A DNA stretch of 64,000 nt from Alphaproteobacteria bacterium. GTDB taxonomy: Bacteria > Pseudomonadota > Alphaproteobacteria > RF32 > CAG-239. The stretch lies in contig JAFUTN010000044.1 of assembly GCA_017484225.1 (NCBI GenBank), forward strand, positions 4,802 to 68,801, read 5' to 3'. The position numbers and the translations under genes are program-made. The notes below the pieces were generated by a model. The model saw nothing but the letters and a program-made list of their open reading frames with translations. It had not been told where the DNA came from and searched no databases. This document shows, one piece after another, positions 9,716 to 19,797 of this stretch. Within the stretch, counting starts at the first letter, position 1. Every line of letters begins with the position of its first letter.

Positions 9716-11515
9716 CTACTCTTCACCGGACAGGTCCTTCTCTCCATGAAGAATCCGGATACTTTCTTTCGGCATATCATATTCCGACGAGAGCAAATTG
9801 TATTTTTCCGGCAAATTAGGCAAACCTTCAACACCAATCAGACGCACAAAAGTGTCATACAGCAAATCATTACTCCAATAGGCATTTTTATTGTTTTTGA
9901 GATTCTCCAGTTCTTGTTTCCGGCTGCCGGCAAACTTTGCCGATACATTCACCACAAACGGAATTCGGGCCATGCGATATGTAAAACGTGTACATTCGTG
10001 TCCGAGTTCGTTGTCGGCATCATCTCCATGGTCCGAAAAATATACCCACGCCATAAAATTAGGATAATCCCTCACCTTGTTATATATTTTTTGCAGAACA
10101 TAGTCTGTGTATAAAACACTGTTGTCATAAGTATCTATATTGCGGGTAGAACCGTAAAAATGCCGAAAATTTTTCGGATAACGATCGCGATAAGCCCCAT
10201 GGCTGCCCATTAAATGAATTACTATCAGCATTTTATCGTTGTCGTCCGCCGGCGGAATAGCATCTACTAATTTTTCATCATAATATGATGTAAAAATTTT
10301 GTCACCCGTATTCATATTCAACCAATGTTGCTCGTCAGCCAGTGAAGCCATCGTGGTAACCGGAGTTCCCATTACCTCATATTTTGACTGATTACTGAGC
10401 CAATACGTCTTAAGCCCTGCAGCCTCTGCAACCTCTATTATGGAAAAAGCATCCTTTAAATCAATATCATTATACTGATTTTTTTCACTCAGGGCATAGG
10501 TCAACGTCGGAATGGTATGGGTGTGATTTGAATAAGCGCGCTCAAAAACAACGGTATTTTCGTTTTGCGCAAATTCGCTTAACCAAGGAGTTGTCGGACG
10601 TTTATAACCATAAACATTCATGTGATCTTTGGTTTCCGACTCTCCGATTACCAAAACATAAATTCCGTTACTTTGAGAATCCAGTTGCATACGCAAAAGA
10701 TTTTTAAGCTGTGCAATACGATTTTTTTGCGATTTTTTAAAGTCGTCAAAACCATTAAGGGTAGCTTTTGTTGTTTGCACAACATTCACAACAAAACACA
10801 AATTTAATTTCGGCATTATGGAATAGGCACAGTAGCTGAGCCAAACCAGCGCAAAAGTATAGGGAATCAAGTTAAATTTTTTGCTTTTCAGCGTGCAGGC
10901 AAAGCATATATACAAAACAACGAATGCCACAATCATGACCGAACCGAACGCCCATAAATAAAGATTTTTGTCTTTCAAATAAGAGGCAATTTCATCTGGA
11001 TTTGTCTGAAAAAGCGTCAACATGATATCAGATGAAAAGATTCCGCCGTTTACTGCAGCATATCCCAAAAATAACAAGGCCGGCATAATAAAAAGCACAC
11101 AAGAAATCAAAGCAACAACGGACAATATATTTTTTACCGTTTTATCGGCACAGTGTTGAGAGGTGTAATACAAAAATGACAACACGGAAAACAAAATAAG
11201 CGCAAAGCCTATGGTATGCGTTATCTCACGTTCCATCAGTATCATATCACCCTGTAATTTCACAAATGCCGAAAGCAAATATATGCCGACAAAAACAGCA
11301 CACAGTATCAGATGTTTTTTACTGTTGTTCCACATAAATGTTAAACCGGTAAAAAGAAGCGAAAAACTGGCCACATACCCTAAATCGCGGCTATAATCAA
11401 GTGCTTCGCTTGTAAATAAGCGACATATCATTACAAAGGCAAAACACGCAAAAAAGATAAGAAAAAATTTTTTCACCCCATTTAAGGAACAATTATTTTT
11501 TATGTAGTCTAACAT
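9716..11515 (-). CDS. Phosphoethanolamine transferase (EptA/LptA-like; N-terminal 5-TM domain plus sulfatase-fold domain)
   Basis: N-terminal ~250 aa with multiple TM helices, then an alkaline-phosphatase/sulfatase superfamily domain (…VLVIGESETKDH…, …HLMGSHGAYRDRYP…). This architecture is typical of lipid A/LPS pEtN transferases. Confidence 0.7.
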   Translation of the reverse strand: MLDYIKNNCSLNGVKKFFLIFFACFAFVMICRLFTSEALDYSRDLGYVASFSLLFTGLTFMWNNSKKHLILCAVFVGIYLLSAFVKLQGDMILMEREITHTIGFALILFSVLSFLYYTSQHCADKTVKNILSVVALISCVLFIMPALLFLGYAAVNGGIFSSDIMLTLFQTNPDEIASYLKDKNLYLWAFGSVMIVAFVVLYICFACTLKSKKFNLIPYTFALVWLSYCAYSIMPKLNLCFVVNVVQTTKATLNGFDDFKKSQKNRIAQLKNLLRMQLDSQSNGIYVLVIGESETKDHMNVYGYKRPTTPWLSEFAQNENTVVFERAYSNHTHTIPTLTYALSEKNQYNDIDLKDAFSIIEVAEAAGLKTYWLSNQSKYEVMGTPVTTMASLADEQHWLNMNTGDKIFTSYYDEKLVDAIPPADDNDKMLIVIHLMGSHGAYRDRYPKNFRHFYGSTRNIDTYDNSVLYTDYVLQKIYNKVRDYPNFMAWVYFSDHGDDADNELGHECTRFTYRMARIPFVVNVSAKFAGSRKQELENLKNNKNAYWSNDLLYDTFVRLIGVEGLPNLPEKYNLLSSEYDMPKESIRILHGEKDLSGEE

Positions 11516-11582
11516 TTTATCATACCTCTGCCGAATTTACTTACGGATATTTTTACCAAAGGTATGTTCAAATTACAACAAT

Positions 11583-14399
11583 TTATTTTTCGGAAGTTTC
11601 ATAAGTATCGCCTAAATGATCTTCTGCAACTTCTTTTACTTTTTCAATAAATTTTTGTTCAAATGCTTTTCCTTTATCTGAATTAAAGTATTCATATTTA
11701 TACCACTGTTCATAAAAATTTTCGTATGGCTGAGGTATATGTGCATAAAAAATATTTATACCCTGTTTTCTGTATGCCTGCATTTTCTGTTTAAAATCAA
11801 GAATACGCGCCTGTTCATTTTTTGATATATTAACAAACAACAAAATATTATTTTTATTTTTTTGATTTAAATACTTGCCAAAATTAAGAACATCATTTGT
11901 TGAAATTTTTTCATCAACCGAACTCAATATAAATAATCGTTTGCCTGATGATAACATGACCTCAAAATTTTCAATACGCTTTTTATATCTGTCAATAAAC
12001 TTATCTTTGTCATATTGAGAACAATCCTGATCATGATTATAGTAAATACCATATTTAGAATTAATCCATAATTTATTTGTTTGATCCCACTCTAAATTGT
12101 TGAAATAATCACTAAATTTTGATTTAACCACTCGCACTGTTGAATTAAAAGAACATACACATAAGTCAAACGGACAACTAAGTTCACCTTGTTCTTTATG
12201 TGCTTTCATATTATATCTTGTTAAAACAGTTCTGGTAAAACAACATTCTCCCAAGCTTATGAAATAATTGTTAGGAAAAACAGCCTCAGAAATTTTCAGT
12301 ATTCTTTTCAAATTAGCCAAAGATTCTTGATAAATGTTCCTCTGCAACTTTTGTAAATTTTTGACTATACTCATGTAATGCTCATTAGACATTTCTATAG
12401 CATTTTTCATAGCATCTGACAAATCATTATTGGTTTTGTAACTGATAGAATTTGAATTATCAAACAAATTAACCGAAGTTTGAAATTTTTCAGCTATTAT
12501 ACAAGGAATACTAAAGCCGTATATTAACTGATAAGAACCGCTTGAACCACAACTGATGTAACGTTCATGTTGTTTATTTTCCGGATCAAATAAAGGCAAA
12601 TAAAAATCAGCCTTTTTCATTTCATTATACATATCTTTATAACTTAACCGACCCATGAAATCTATGTATGGTTTTATATGTTCGGGAACATTTAAATTGC
12701 CTGCTCTTGCTATAACCGTAACTTTAAAATTTTTAATACCTCTTTTTAAAATATTATCTATTGCATCAATCAACACAGAATGATTTTTACGTTCGCTTTC
12801 AATTTGTCCCACACATACAAATGTCGTTAAGTTATGTTTTTTTAGTCTATTAAAAGTTTCAAAAAAATGAGCATTTACCATAGACACATTTTCACTTTGG
12901 AAAATAGGAAGTTTATTTAAGGAAACAACCTTGAATTTATCGCTTTGGGGCTTAATATCTGCATATTGATCAGCATGATGACATAAAGTTAAGACCTTCC
13001 CTTTGGGAAGTTGAATATTTTCTCCAATATACTTCAAAACCGGCACAAAACCTTCATCATTAATATACACTCGGTCTGAATTGATATAAAGGTGCATATA
13101 TCTCTCTACAATATTGTGGGTGACTATTTTTAATATATCATTGCGAGACATTGCGAAGACATGAAACTTTTCATCCTTAATGCCTGCAAACGGTTCCAGA
13201 TTACTTTCTTCTTCCGTTAAACATACATCTACATTATACCCTAAATCCAAAAAATATTTAGCCATCCCCGGTAAACACTCTCCGTGAAAATAATTAAATT
13301 CTATCATTAGAACACTGTTTTCACGAACGTCGTGACATAAAAAATCATAAAATTTATCATTTTTTATTATTTTAACGTTTGGTGCCGGAAATTTATATTC
13401 GGAACAAAAAATAGGTATAAAACCAAAAAGATTATATTTTTTCTTTTCTATACATATCAAAGGTTTATCAAGATATAAATTTAAACTTTCTTCATTTTTT
13501 ATTTCTGCATATTCTTTATAAGATGAGTTTAAAGAATTCAAAACAATTATAAACTTTAGAATATATTGTTTAATTAACTCATATTTATCATTTTCTTTTG
13601 CCTTTCCAATGAATTCTATTAAAAAATGTATTCTGTCATAAATAAACAAAGCCTTGTCCTCATTATCTATTTTTTGAGACAAAATATATAAAATCAAATC
13701 ATCAAAAATAGAGCAAACATCAACTATGTGAGCAGGAGTTATTTTATGTGTTAGAGAATCATCATTATTAAAGTAGTGATAGTATACATCATCAATAATC
13801 TTGTAACTTTTTATATGACATAAAAAGTGGGCTATAAAATATAAGTCTTCGCCTAGTAAAGATTTCTTAAAACCAATTTTATTTTTCTCAACTATTTCCT
13901 TTTTATATAACGCGCTCCACCATTCATAAGTAAAGACAGCAACAATATTCCCTTTATGTTTTTTTATTATATTATTCAAAATTCCATTTTTATCAGTTTT
14001 TTTACCAGACTCGTATGCCGTATTTCCCTTAATTATATCTATCTCACCATTATTACTGTTTTGATAAAGTCTTTCATAAAAATTCTCATCTACCCAATCA
14101 TCTGCATCACAAAAAGCAAGATATTTACCTCTGGCCACATTAATTGCACAGTTTCTGGCAATAGCAGCCCCTTCATTTTTTTTATGGACAACTATTATTC
14201 TCTTATCCTTTGTTGCATATTTATCCAGAATTTGACCTGACCCATCTGAAGAACCATCATTAACACAAATTATTTCTATATTTTTAATTGTTTGTTTTAT
14301 TAAGCTGTTTAAGCATCTGCCCAAGAACTTTTCTGCGTTATAAACCGGAACTATTACACTTATAGCAACATCATCTGAGTTAGTTGAATTATTCACCAT
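11583..14399 (-). CDS. Multi-module glycosyltransferase: N-terminal GT2, internal K-Y-x-L-F-G-x-P-I-F tail repeat, then two further domains
   Basis: N-terminal SVIVPVYNAEKFL...CDADDW GT2 signature (DxD). At residues ~320-340, KKKYNLFGFIPIFCSEYKF matches the C-terminal tail repeat found on other GTs in the locus, suggesting a fusion to a downstream ~600-aa region with further transferase-like domains. Confidence 0.6.
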   Translation of the reverse strand: MVNNSTNSDDVAISVIVPVYNAEKFLGRCLNSLIKQTIKNIEIICVNDGSSDGSGQILDKYATKDKRIIVVHKKNEGAAIARNCAINVARGKYLAFCDADDWVDENFYERLYQNSNNGEIDIIKGNTAYESGKKTDKNGILNNIIKKHKGNIVAVFTYEWWSALYKKEIVEKNKIGFKKSLLGEDLYFIAHFLCHIKSYKIIDDVYYHYFNNDDSLTHKITPAHIVDVCSIFDDLILYILSQKIDNEDKALFIYDRIHFLIEFIGKAKENDKYELIKQYILKFIIVLNSLNSSYKEYAEIKNEESLNLYLDKPLICIEKKKYNLFGFIPIFCSEYKFPAPNVKIIKNDKFYDFLCHDVRENSVLMIEFNYFHGECLPGMAKYFLDLGYNVDVCLTEEESNLEPFAGIKDEKFHVFAMSRNDILKIVTHNIVERYMHLYINSDRVYINDEGFVPVLKYIGENIQLPKGKVLTLCHHADQYADIKPQSDKFKVVSLNKLPIFQSENVSMVNAHFFETFNRLKKHNLTTFVCVGQIESERKNHSVLIDAIDNILKRGIKNFKVTVIARAGNLNVPEHIKPYIDFMGRLSYKDMYNEMKKADFYLPLFDPENKQHERYISCGSSGSYQLIYGFSIPCIIAEKFQTSVNLFDNSNSISYKTNNDLSDAMKNAIEMSNEHYMSIVKNLQKLQRNIYQESLANLKRILKISEAVFPNNYFISLGECCFTRTVLTRYNMKAHKEQGELSCPFDLCVCSFNSTVRVVKSKFSDYFNNLEWDQTNKLWINSKYGIYYNHDQDCSQYDKDKFIDRYKKRIENFEVMLSSGKRLFILSSVDEKISTNDVLNFGKYLNQKNKNNILLFVNISKNEQARILDFKQKMQAYRKQGINIFYAHIPQPYENFYEQWYKYEYFNSDKGKAFEQKFIEKVKEVAEDHLGDTYETSEK

Positions 14400-14417
14400 G
14401 GCATATCCTAAAAAACA

Positions 14418-14630
14418 CTAATCTAATACTTCTCTTTGTTTAACTTTTATTTTTAAGACCAATAATCCAAATAAATAGTACTTTGTAATGTTATTTTCTG
14501 AATCAATCACTCTTTTAATAAAAGGGATTTCTAATATTTTCCATATTTTTTTATTGTTGCGAATTTTCCAGCTGTATATGGGTATAAAACACAACAATTT
14601 CAATTTAAAAGATTCTTTATTCTTAGACAT
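14418..14630 (-). CDS. 70-aa ORF made only of three copies of the glycosyltransferase tail repeat (stand-alone or remnant)
   Basis: LLCFIPIYSWKIR / KIWKILEIPFIKRV / KYYLFGLLVLKIKVK. Same repeat as the C-termini of the 17875, 27734, 28848 and 32007 genes. Confidence 0.35.
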   Translation of the reverse strand: MSKNKESFKLKLLCFIPIYSWKIRNNKKIWKILEIPFIKRVIDSENNITKYYLFGLLVLKIKVKQREVLD

Positions 14631-14832
14631 TTAGTTCTCCAAAAACCACCGTTTATTTTGTATAATGTGTGCAGTATACAAAGTTATACGATTAAGTCAA
14701 CCAATTATTGTAAGTATAAACAATTTGCATTTTTTTGTAAGTAAATATAATGTTGTTGTTTTATATCTTCAAGATTATTTCGGTGTTCGCTATAACAAGT
14801 TGAAAAAACATGAGAATGAAATAAAAATTATG

Positions 14833-14922
14833 CTCACTCAAAATCTTTCCAAAGCCGAAATTGCACGTCGTATGAACTGTTCTTGGGCCACGTTAAGCAG
14901 ATTTATCAAACAATTAGACTGA
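14833..14922 (+). CDS. 30-aa helix-turn-helix peptide resembling a transposase/resolvase N-terminal HTH (possible remnant)
   Basis: MLTQNLSKAEIARRMNCSWATLSRFIKQLD matches the LSxxEIARxLG-S-xTVxR HTH of IS-element OrfA/resolvase proteins. The call is only 30 aa and is tentative. Confidence 0.25.
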   Translation, partial: LTQNLSKAEIARRMNCSWATLSRFIKQLD

Positions 14923-14925
14923 TAA

Positions 14926-15999
14926 CTATTCTTTAATCCATTTCAGCAACCGGAATTTTCCTCTTAAGAATGACCATAAAATAAGACGTTTCCGCAAACT
15001 CAAATCTGCATATTTAATGTATTTGTTTGCCAGCAAATATTGCAGATTTTCCGTAATTTTTGCATAATTTTGCTCATCATCTTCCGGATTACAGCGTTGC
15101 ATATATTCCTTAACGCACATTCCGTAAGCATAACGCGAAGCCAGTTTTTGCAAAATCCCCTTATATTGCGGAAATTGTTCACTCAGTATGTTTATTTCCA
15201 CCGGCAAATTTTTATATTCTTCAATGCGGGCAAATGACAGCGGTTTCATTGTTTGAGAAGTGGAAATGATGCGATATGCAATCAATTTTTCTTTGCACAC
15301 AACTATTTTTTCGGCATGAAGCAAAATTTCAATATTCAGCAAAATATCATTGATTGCCGGTAAACTTTCAGCAAAACGCACCTCGTCAAACAAGCTTTTT
15401 TTATAGAGTTTGGTCCACATTAAAGTTTCTATTTTCTTTTTGCGCTCAAACTTATCCTTAAACGGTTCTGCCGACACAAAATCAAAATGTGGTTTTATGT
15501 TTGTTTTTTCAAATTCATATTTTTCATCACCGTTAAAGCGCAAATATGAACAACAGCTTACATCTGCTCCGCTTTCTGTTATATTTTTATACAGAATTTC
15601 CAAATACTGCGGGTGATATATGTCATCATTATCCAAAAACGCAATATATTGCCCCAGAGCCAAATCCAGCCCTTTATTACGACTGGCACTGCCACCGGAA
15701 TTTTTTTGCGAAAATACTTTTATGCGTTTGTCATCTTTCGCCGCGGTTTTTAAAATTTCTGCCGAATTGTCGTCGGAACCGTCATTAACACAAACCAGTT
15801 CAAAATTCGTGAAAGTTTGATTTTTTACGGATTCAAGTGTCATCTGCAAATATTTTTCCGCATTATACACCGGCATGATTACGGAGATAATCGGTTTTTC
15901 TTCCGTTTCTGTGTTATTTTGCAAAATATGAGAGTGCCTGATTAAGTTTTTCAGCCACTCTGTTAAGTGTGTAATTTTTTTGACAAAGTTCATAGCCAT
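14926..15999 (-). CDS. Family 2 glycosyltransferase
   Basis: ISVIMPVYNAEKYL ... VNDGSDDNS ... FLDNDD (DxD) GT-A signatures. Confidence 0.75.
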   Translation of the reverse strand: MAMNFVKKITHLTEWLKNLIRHSHILQNNTETEEKPIISVIMPVYNAEKYLQMTLESVKNQTFTNFELVCVNDGSDDNSAEILKTAAKDDKRIKVFSQKNSGGSASRNKGLDLALGQYIAFLDNDDIYHPQYLEILYKNITESGADVSCCSYLRFNGDEKYEFEKTNIKPHFDFVSAEPFKDKFERKKKIETLMWTKLYKKSLFDEVRFAESLPAINDILLNIEILLHAEKIVVCKEKLIAYRIISTSQTMKPLSFARIEEYKNLPVEINILSEQFPQYKGILQKLASRYAYGMCVKEYMQRCNPEDDEQNYAKITENLQYLLANKYIKYADLSLRKRLILWSFLRGKFRLLKWIKE

Positions 16000-16963
16000 T
16001 TTTTGCCACCTCTCTTGTTTGTGATAGATTTGTTATTGATTTTTCAAGCTGTGCCGCCATTTTCTCGGGATTTTCCATCGGAAACAAATAGGCACATTCC
16101 GGATTGCCGGCAAAGATTTCTCGCGGTCCTTCAGCTTCGGAAGAAACAATCGGTTTTGAGCGCATCATGGCTTCTAACAACACTATTCCGAACGGTTCAA
16201 ACCGTGAAGGCAAAACAAAAACATCTATCTTATCAAAAAATTCGTCTTTATTTTGCACCCATCCCAAAAATTTAACATCTTTTTCCAAACCGAATAATTT
16301 TACTTTAGCGGCAATACGTTCATATTCTTTTTTGTAGCTTTCCTGCACGGCTCCGCCGATAACAGCCTGAAACGGAACTTTTTTTCTTTTCAGTATTGCC
16401 AATGCATCAATAAAATCCGGAAATCCTTTCATCGGATCAAACCGTCCCATTGTGCCGATAACCGGAGGATTATGAAATTCAGTTATCGGAATAAATGCAC
16501 GTTGTTCAGATATTAAGTTAGGCACCACAAAAATATTGTCGCGCGGAAATCCTTTGTCGGAAAAAATTTCTTTTTGATACCGCGTAATCGTAAAAATTCC
16601 GTCACACTTATTAACCTGCTTATATTTCGGATTATGAGAAACACCGATAATTTTTGCATTCAGCATACGTGCAACCGCCTTAAATATCGGAATTGCTTTT
16701 TTGTTGTGGACAATAATCACATCAGGAGCATAGCTTTTCAGCTTAAAATAAAGATAGCATATCAGCAAATAATTATAATGAACAAACGGAATTTTTATGA
16801 TTTTATCCGGTTGCAGAGCCTCTAATTGCGCTTGAATTTTACACCCGTTGTCAATTACGGCAAACACCTGATGATTATACATTTTAAGCGCATTACAATA
16901 ATCTGAAAATGCCTGTTCTATTCCGCCTAAATTTCGGCTTATCATAACGTTAACCGTTTTCAT
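15914..16963 (-). CDS. GT-B (family 4-like) glycosyltransferase
   Basis: C-terminal GT4 signature ...PSRFEPFGIVLLEAMMRSKPIVSSEAEGPREI... (the E-x7-E motif region). Confidence 0.75.
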   Translation of the reverse strand: MKTVNVMISRNLGGIEQAFSDYCNALKMYNHQVFAVIDNGCKIQAQLEALQPDKIIKIPFVHYNYLLICYLYFKLKSYAPDVIIVHNKKAIPIFKAVARMLNAKIIGVSHNPKYKQVNKCDGIFTITRYQKEIFSDKGFPRDNIFVVPNLISEQRAFIPITEFHNPPVIGTMGRFDPMKGFPDFIDALAILKRKKVPFQAVIGGAVQESYKKEYERIAAKVKLFGLEKDVKFLGWVQNKDEFFDKIDVFVLPSRFEPFGIVLLEAMMRSKPIVSSEAEGPREIFAGNPECAYLFPMENPEKMAAQLEKSITNLSQTREVAKNGYELCQKNYTLNRVAEKLNQALSYFAK

Positions 16964-17859
16964 TGTCCAAAATCCTCAAGTTTACCATTCAGCAAAGCAT
17001 CCAAAAAATCACCTTTCTGAGGTTCTTTCTTGTATTTCCATGACAACTTGTGAACTGATGTTTGTTCCCTGATTTTTTTCCACTTTTTTTCATCATAAGG
17101 AACAAAATAATTTGCCTCCAATTCGTAGCAGTCATCATATATCAGCGGGACATTTGCCCACATTGCCGCACATTCGGCATTATGTTCCACCATCATATCA
17201 AAAAATATGTGATACAAAAAGTAGTCAATAAGTTTGTGTTCTTTTTTCCAATAGGCAAACAGCAAATTCTGCATATTTTTCATCAACAGGTTTCCGGCTT
17301 CCGCCTGCAAAAGCCAACTTTGATTTTTCACGTATGAATGAGTATGGTATGCAAAAAATTTTGTTTGCGTTATCTCCGGCATTAATTGAGCCGTAAGTAA
17401 TACCGTCGCATCTATCCAAATTCCGCCGTATTCCGCCAGCAACGAAACCCGTAAAATATCGGAAAAATGCGTATTTGTCATCTCGCCCGCTTGTCGGCGT
17501 TCGGCAATATATTCCGGAAAAGCGATAAATTCCGGAATATTTTTATCGGTCAAAATAATGATTTTATACTCCGGACAAAATTTGCGCACTGATTGCAAAC
17601 ATTTTTTCACAATCGGAGGCATATTTTCTTCACCTTGCAACCAACAAATCCAAATAATTTTCGGACTGTTTCCCGTAATTTCCTTTTGTTGTTCGTTTTG
17701 TAAAACATCTAAATAACGCCGTAAATATTTTTTCTCGGCATTAACAATTAAATTTTTGCGCATTTGTTTACGAACCGTCTTATTCGGATAACGCAAAACA
17801 ACCCAAGCGCGAAGCATTGTCTTTTTTATTTCCGTTGTTACGTATGCAATTTTTCCCAC
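16960..17859 (-). CDS. Putative capsular/LPS glycosyltransferase (OCH1/GT32-like 'capsular polysaccharide synthesis' family)
   Basis: IIWICWLQGEENMPPIVKKCLQSVRKF... N-terminal region typical of this sugar-transferase family. The call is motif-level only. Confidence 0.4.
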   Translation of the reverse strand: MGKIAYVTTEIKKTMLRAWVVLRYPNKTVRKQMRKNLIVNAEKKYLRRYLDVLQNEQQKEITGNSPKIIWICWLQGEENMPPIVKKCLQSVRKFCPEYKIIILTDKNIPEFIAFPEYIAERRQAGEMTNTHFSDILRVSLLAEYGGIWIDATVLLTAQLMPEITQTKFFAYHTHSYVKNQSWLLQAEAGNLLMKNMQNLLFAYWKKEHKLIDYFLYHIFFDMMVEHNAECAAMWANVPLIYDDCYELEANYFVPYDEKKWKKIREQTSVHKLSWKYKKEPQKGDFLDALLNGKLEDFGQ

Positions 17860-17874
17860 CGATAGTCCCCTTTT

Positions 17875-18900
17875 TTATAATGAAAAATCTTTTACTTTAT
17901 ACAACGGAATCACATTAAACAGCTTCACATATTTTTTTCCGCGTTTTCTTTCAATCGTCAAAAATGGTAGAAATCCGAACAAATAATATTTATGCTTGTA
18001 TTCTTTGATGCGATTGAGAAAAACCTGATAATGATTATACGGCAAAACATTTTGCACCGCACCAGCATACTTGCCCCGCAATTCTTCCGGTATGAGTTGA
18101 TAAGTATGGGCCAAATTAAAGGTGTACCAACGCCAAAATCCTTGCTTGAACGAATCATAAAGCGAACTCTTGGCAAAAATTTCGGCAATAAAATCTTTGA
18201 TTTTGATAATCTCAAAATTTTCACTGCGGCATTTAGTTGAACAAGTTTGCGGATGTTTACAATAAAAATATAAAGGCTCAGCCAAAAAATAAGCCCTGTC
18301 AATATGCGGATACAGTTCTATCAAAAACAACGCATCTTCCAAAAACGGAACTTCGTAAAACCGTATATTTTGCAAAATTTCTTTTTTATACAGCAAGCGC
18401 CAAATATGGAAGGAACTTTGGTAGATTTTGTTTCCGGCCTTTTGTAAAGACATTGCGGTATTTTTTGCTACATTTAAATATCTGATTATCTGTTTTTTGC
18501 CGTCAATATCAACATTCCATGCGTTGCACCCTACCAAAGAAACATTTTCTTTTTCCATGGCGGAAATCATTTTTTCATACATATCCGCTGCAATGTAATC
18601 ATCAGAATCCACAAAAGATATATATTGCCCCTTTGCCTTATCCAAACCCAAATTACGAGAAAAGCAGACTCCCTGATGAACGGCATTGCCAAAAAACTTT
18701 ATCCGCGCATCTTTTTTGGCATACTCTTTGCAAATTGCCTTGGAATTATCCGAACTGCAATCATCAATCAGCAAAACTTCTATATTTTCAACCGTAGAGG
18801 CTAAAATACTGTCCAAACACTTCGGCAAATACTCTTCCACATTAAAAACCGGAACAATCACCGATATCAACGGCTCCTCTTTTTTCATTAACTTCATCAT
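17875..18900 (-). CDS. Family 2 glycosyltransferase with a C-terminal tail repeat (2 copies)
   Basis: ISVIVPVFNVEEYL...IDDCSSDNS...FVDSDD. The C-terminus is KYYLFGFLPFLTIERKRGKKYVKLFNVIPLYKVK. Confidence 0.75.
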   Translation of the reverse strand: MMKLMKKEEPLISVIVPVFNVEEYLPKCLDSILASTVENIEVLLIDDCSSDNSKAICKEYAKKDARIKFFGNAVHQGVCFSRNLGLDKAKGQYISFVDSDDYIAADMYEKMISAMEKENVSLVGCNAWNVDIDGKKQIIRYLNVAKNTAMSLQKAGNKIYQSSFHIWRLLYKKEILQNIRFYEVPFLEDALFLIELYPHIDRAYFLAEPLYFYCKHPQTCSTKCRSENFEIIKIKDFIAEIFAKSSLYDSFKQGFWRWYTFNLAHTYQLIPEELRGKYAGAVQNVLPYNHYQVFLNRIKEYKHKYYLFGFLPFLTIERKRGKKYVKLFNVIPLYKVKDFSL

Positions 18901-18915
18901 TTTTCGGTCCTCACA

Positions 18916-19323
18916 TCAAAAAAGCAGAATTATTCCCCAAACAGTTATTAAATTAACCAATGCCAGCAACACCAGAAATGAGCCGATATCTTTGGCTTTT
19001 TTAGACAGGGGATGAATTTTGGTTGATATCCTGTCAATTACGGTTTCTATTGCAGTATTAACCGTTTCGGCCATTAAAAGCAAAAACAAAGACAACATCA
19101 TAACTGCCAATTCGGCACGGCTCACATTTACAAAAAACAACACTATCAAGCCTACGGCAAAAATGCCTAAATCCTGACGAAATGCCGGTTCTGATGCAAA
19201 CATTGACTTAACACCGTCAACAGAATAAAAAAAAGCATTATATATCCGCTTTATTGCATCTTTTGAGCTATCTTTAATCTTCACCGATAATTTCCTCCAA
19301 AAATTCACAAGCATCAGCCACAC
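18916..19323 (-). CDS. dgkA: Diacylglycerol kinase (prokaryotic DgkA family)
   Basis: About 120-aa core with three TM helices and the conserved AETVNTAIETVIDRIS...SKKAKDIGS region that aligns with the E. coli DgkA motif (E-x-N-S-A-I-E...D). Confidence 0.7.
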   Translation of the reverse strand: MWLMLVNFWRKLSVKIKDSSKDAIKRIYNAFFYSVDGVKSMFASEPAFRQDLGIFAVGLIVLFFVNVSRAELAVMMLSLFLLLMAETVNTAIETVIDRISTKIHPLSKKAKDIGSFLVLLALVNLITVWGIILLF

Positions 19324-19663
19324 AGTCCGGACATTCGCGCAAAACGATACCGCTTTCCGTTCCTTTAAGCAATTTGCATTGCGTTGCGCCGTTGCGTTTA
19401 TGAAAATTATTCATAATCTGCCGCATATCTTTCATTGATTTTACTCTGTCTTTATTAATCAAACCCAGAACAATACCGGCTCCGACCAAGGCACCGCATG
19501 TTCCTTGCGTATTTCCCATACCGGCAGCAAAGGAATTACCCAAATTCATTGCCATGTCTTCACTTATACCGGCTCGTTTACAATACGTGCAAATAACTGC
19601 TTGCGCACAATTACACAAACCGGTTCTTGTTTTTTCGGCAGCCTCATACTTTTTACTTGGCAT
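19274..19663 (-). CDS. C_GCAxxG_C_C family redox protein
   Basis: CNCAQAV...CGALVGAGIVLG...C motif arrangement characteristic of the C_GCAxxG_C_C family, which occurs in anaerobes. Confidence 0.6.
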   Translation of the reverse strand: MPSKKYEAAEKTRTGLCNCAQAVICTYCKRAGISEDMAMNLGNSFAAGMGNTQGTCGALVGAGIVLGLINKDRVKSMKDMRQIMNNFHKRNGATQCKLLKGTESGIVLRECPDCVADACEFLEEIIGED

Positions 19664-19728
19664 TTTTTTCCCTTTCGTTTTAAACTTTTATAATCAATTT
19701 TTGCCCCTATTGCAACCAAAAACCTTAT

Positions 19729-19757
19729 TTGACAAAAAGAGCAGAGTATGATATACT
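19729..19757 (+). promoter_or_regulatory. Sigma70-like promoter for glgX (TTGACA-17-TATACT)
   Basis: Perfect -35 TTGACA at 19729-19734, a 17-bp spacer and a -10 TATACT at 19752-19757, about 40 bp upstream of the glgX start. Confidence 0.5.
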
Positions 19758-19797
19758 TCACCGAAAATCGTAAGCGTTATTAAATAAGGAATGAGTC

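Noticed and set aside
15914-15999. 86-bp overlap between the GT4 gene end and the GT2 gene start as evidence of a frameshift or pseudogene
   Set aside because: Both ORFs are full length with intact catalytic motifs. The overlap more likely reflects annotation of the longest ORF. No alternative downstream Met exists before the conserved N-terminus, so a real overlap is also possible.
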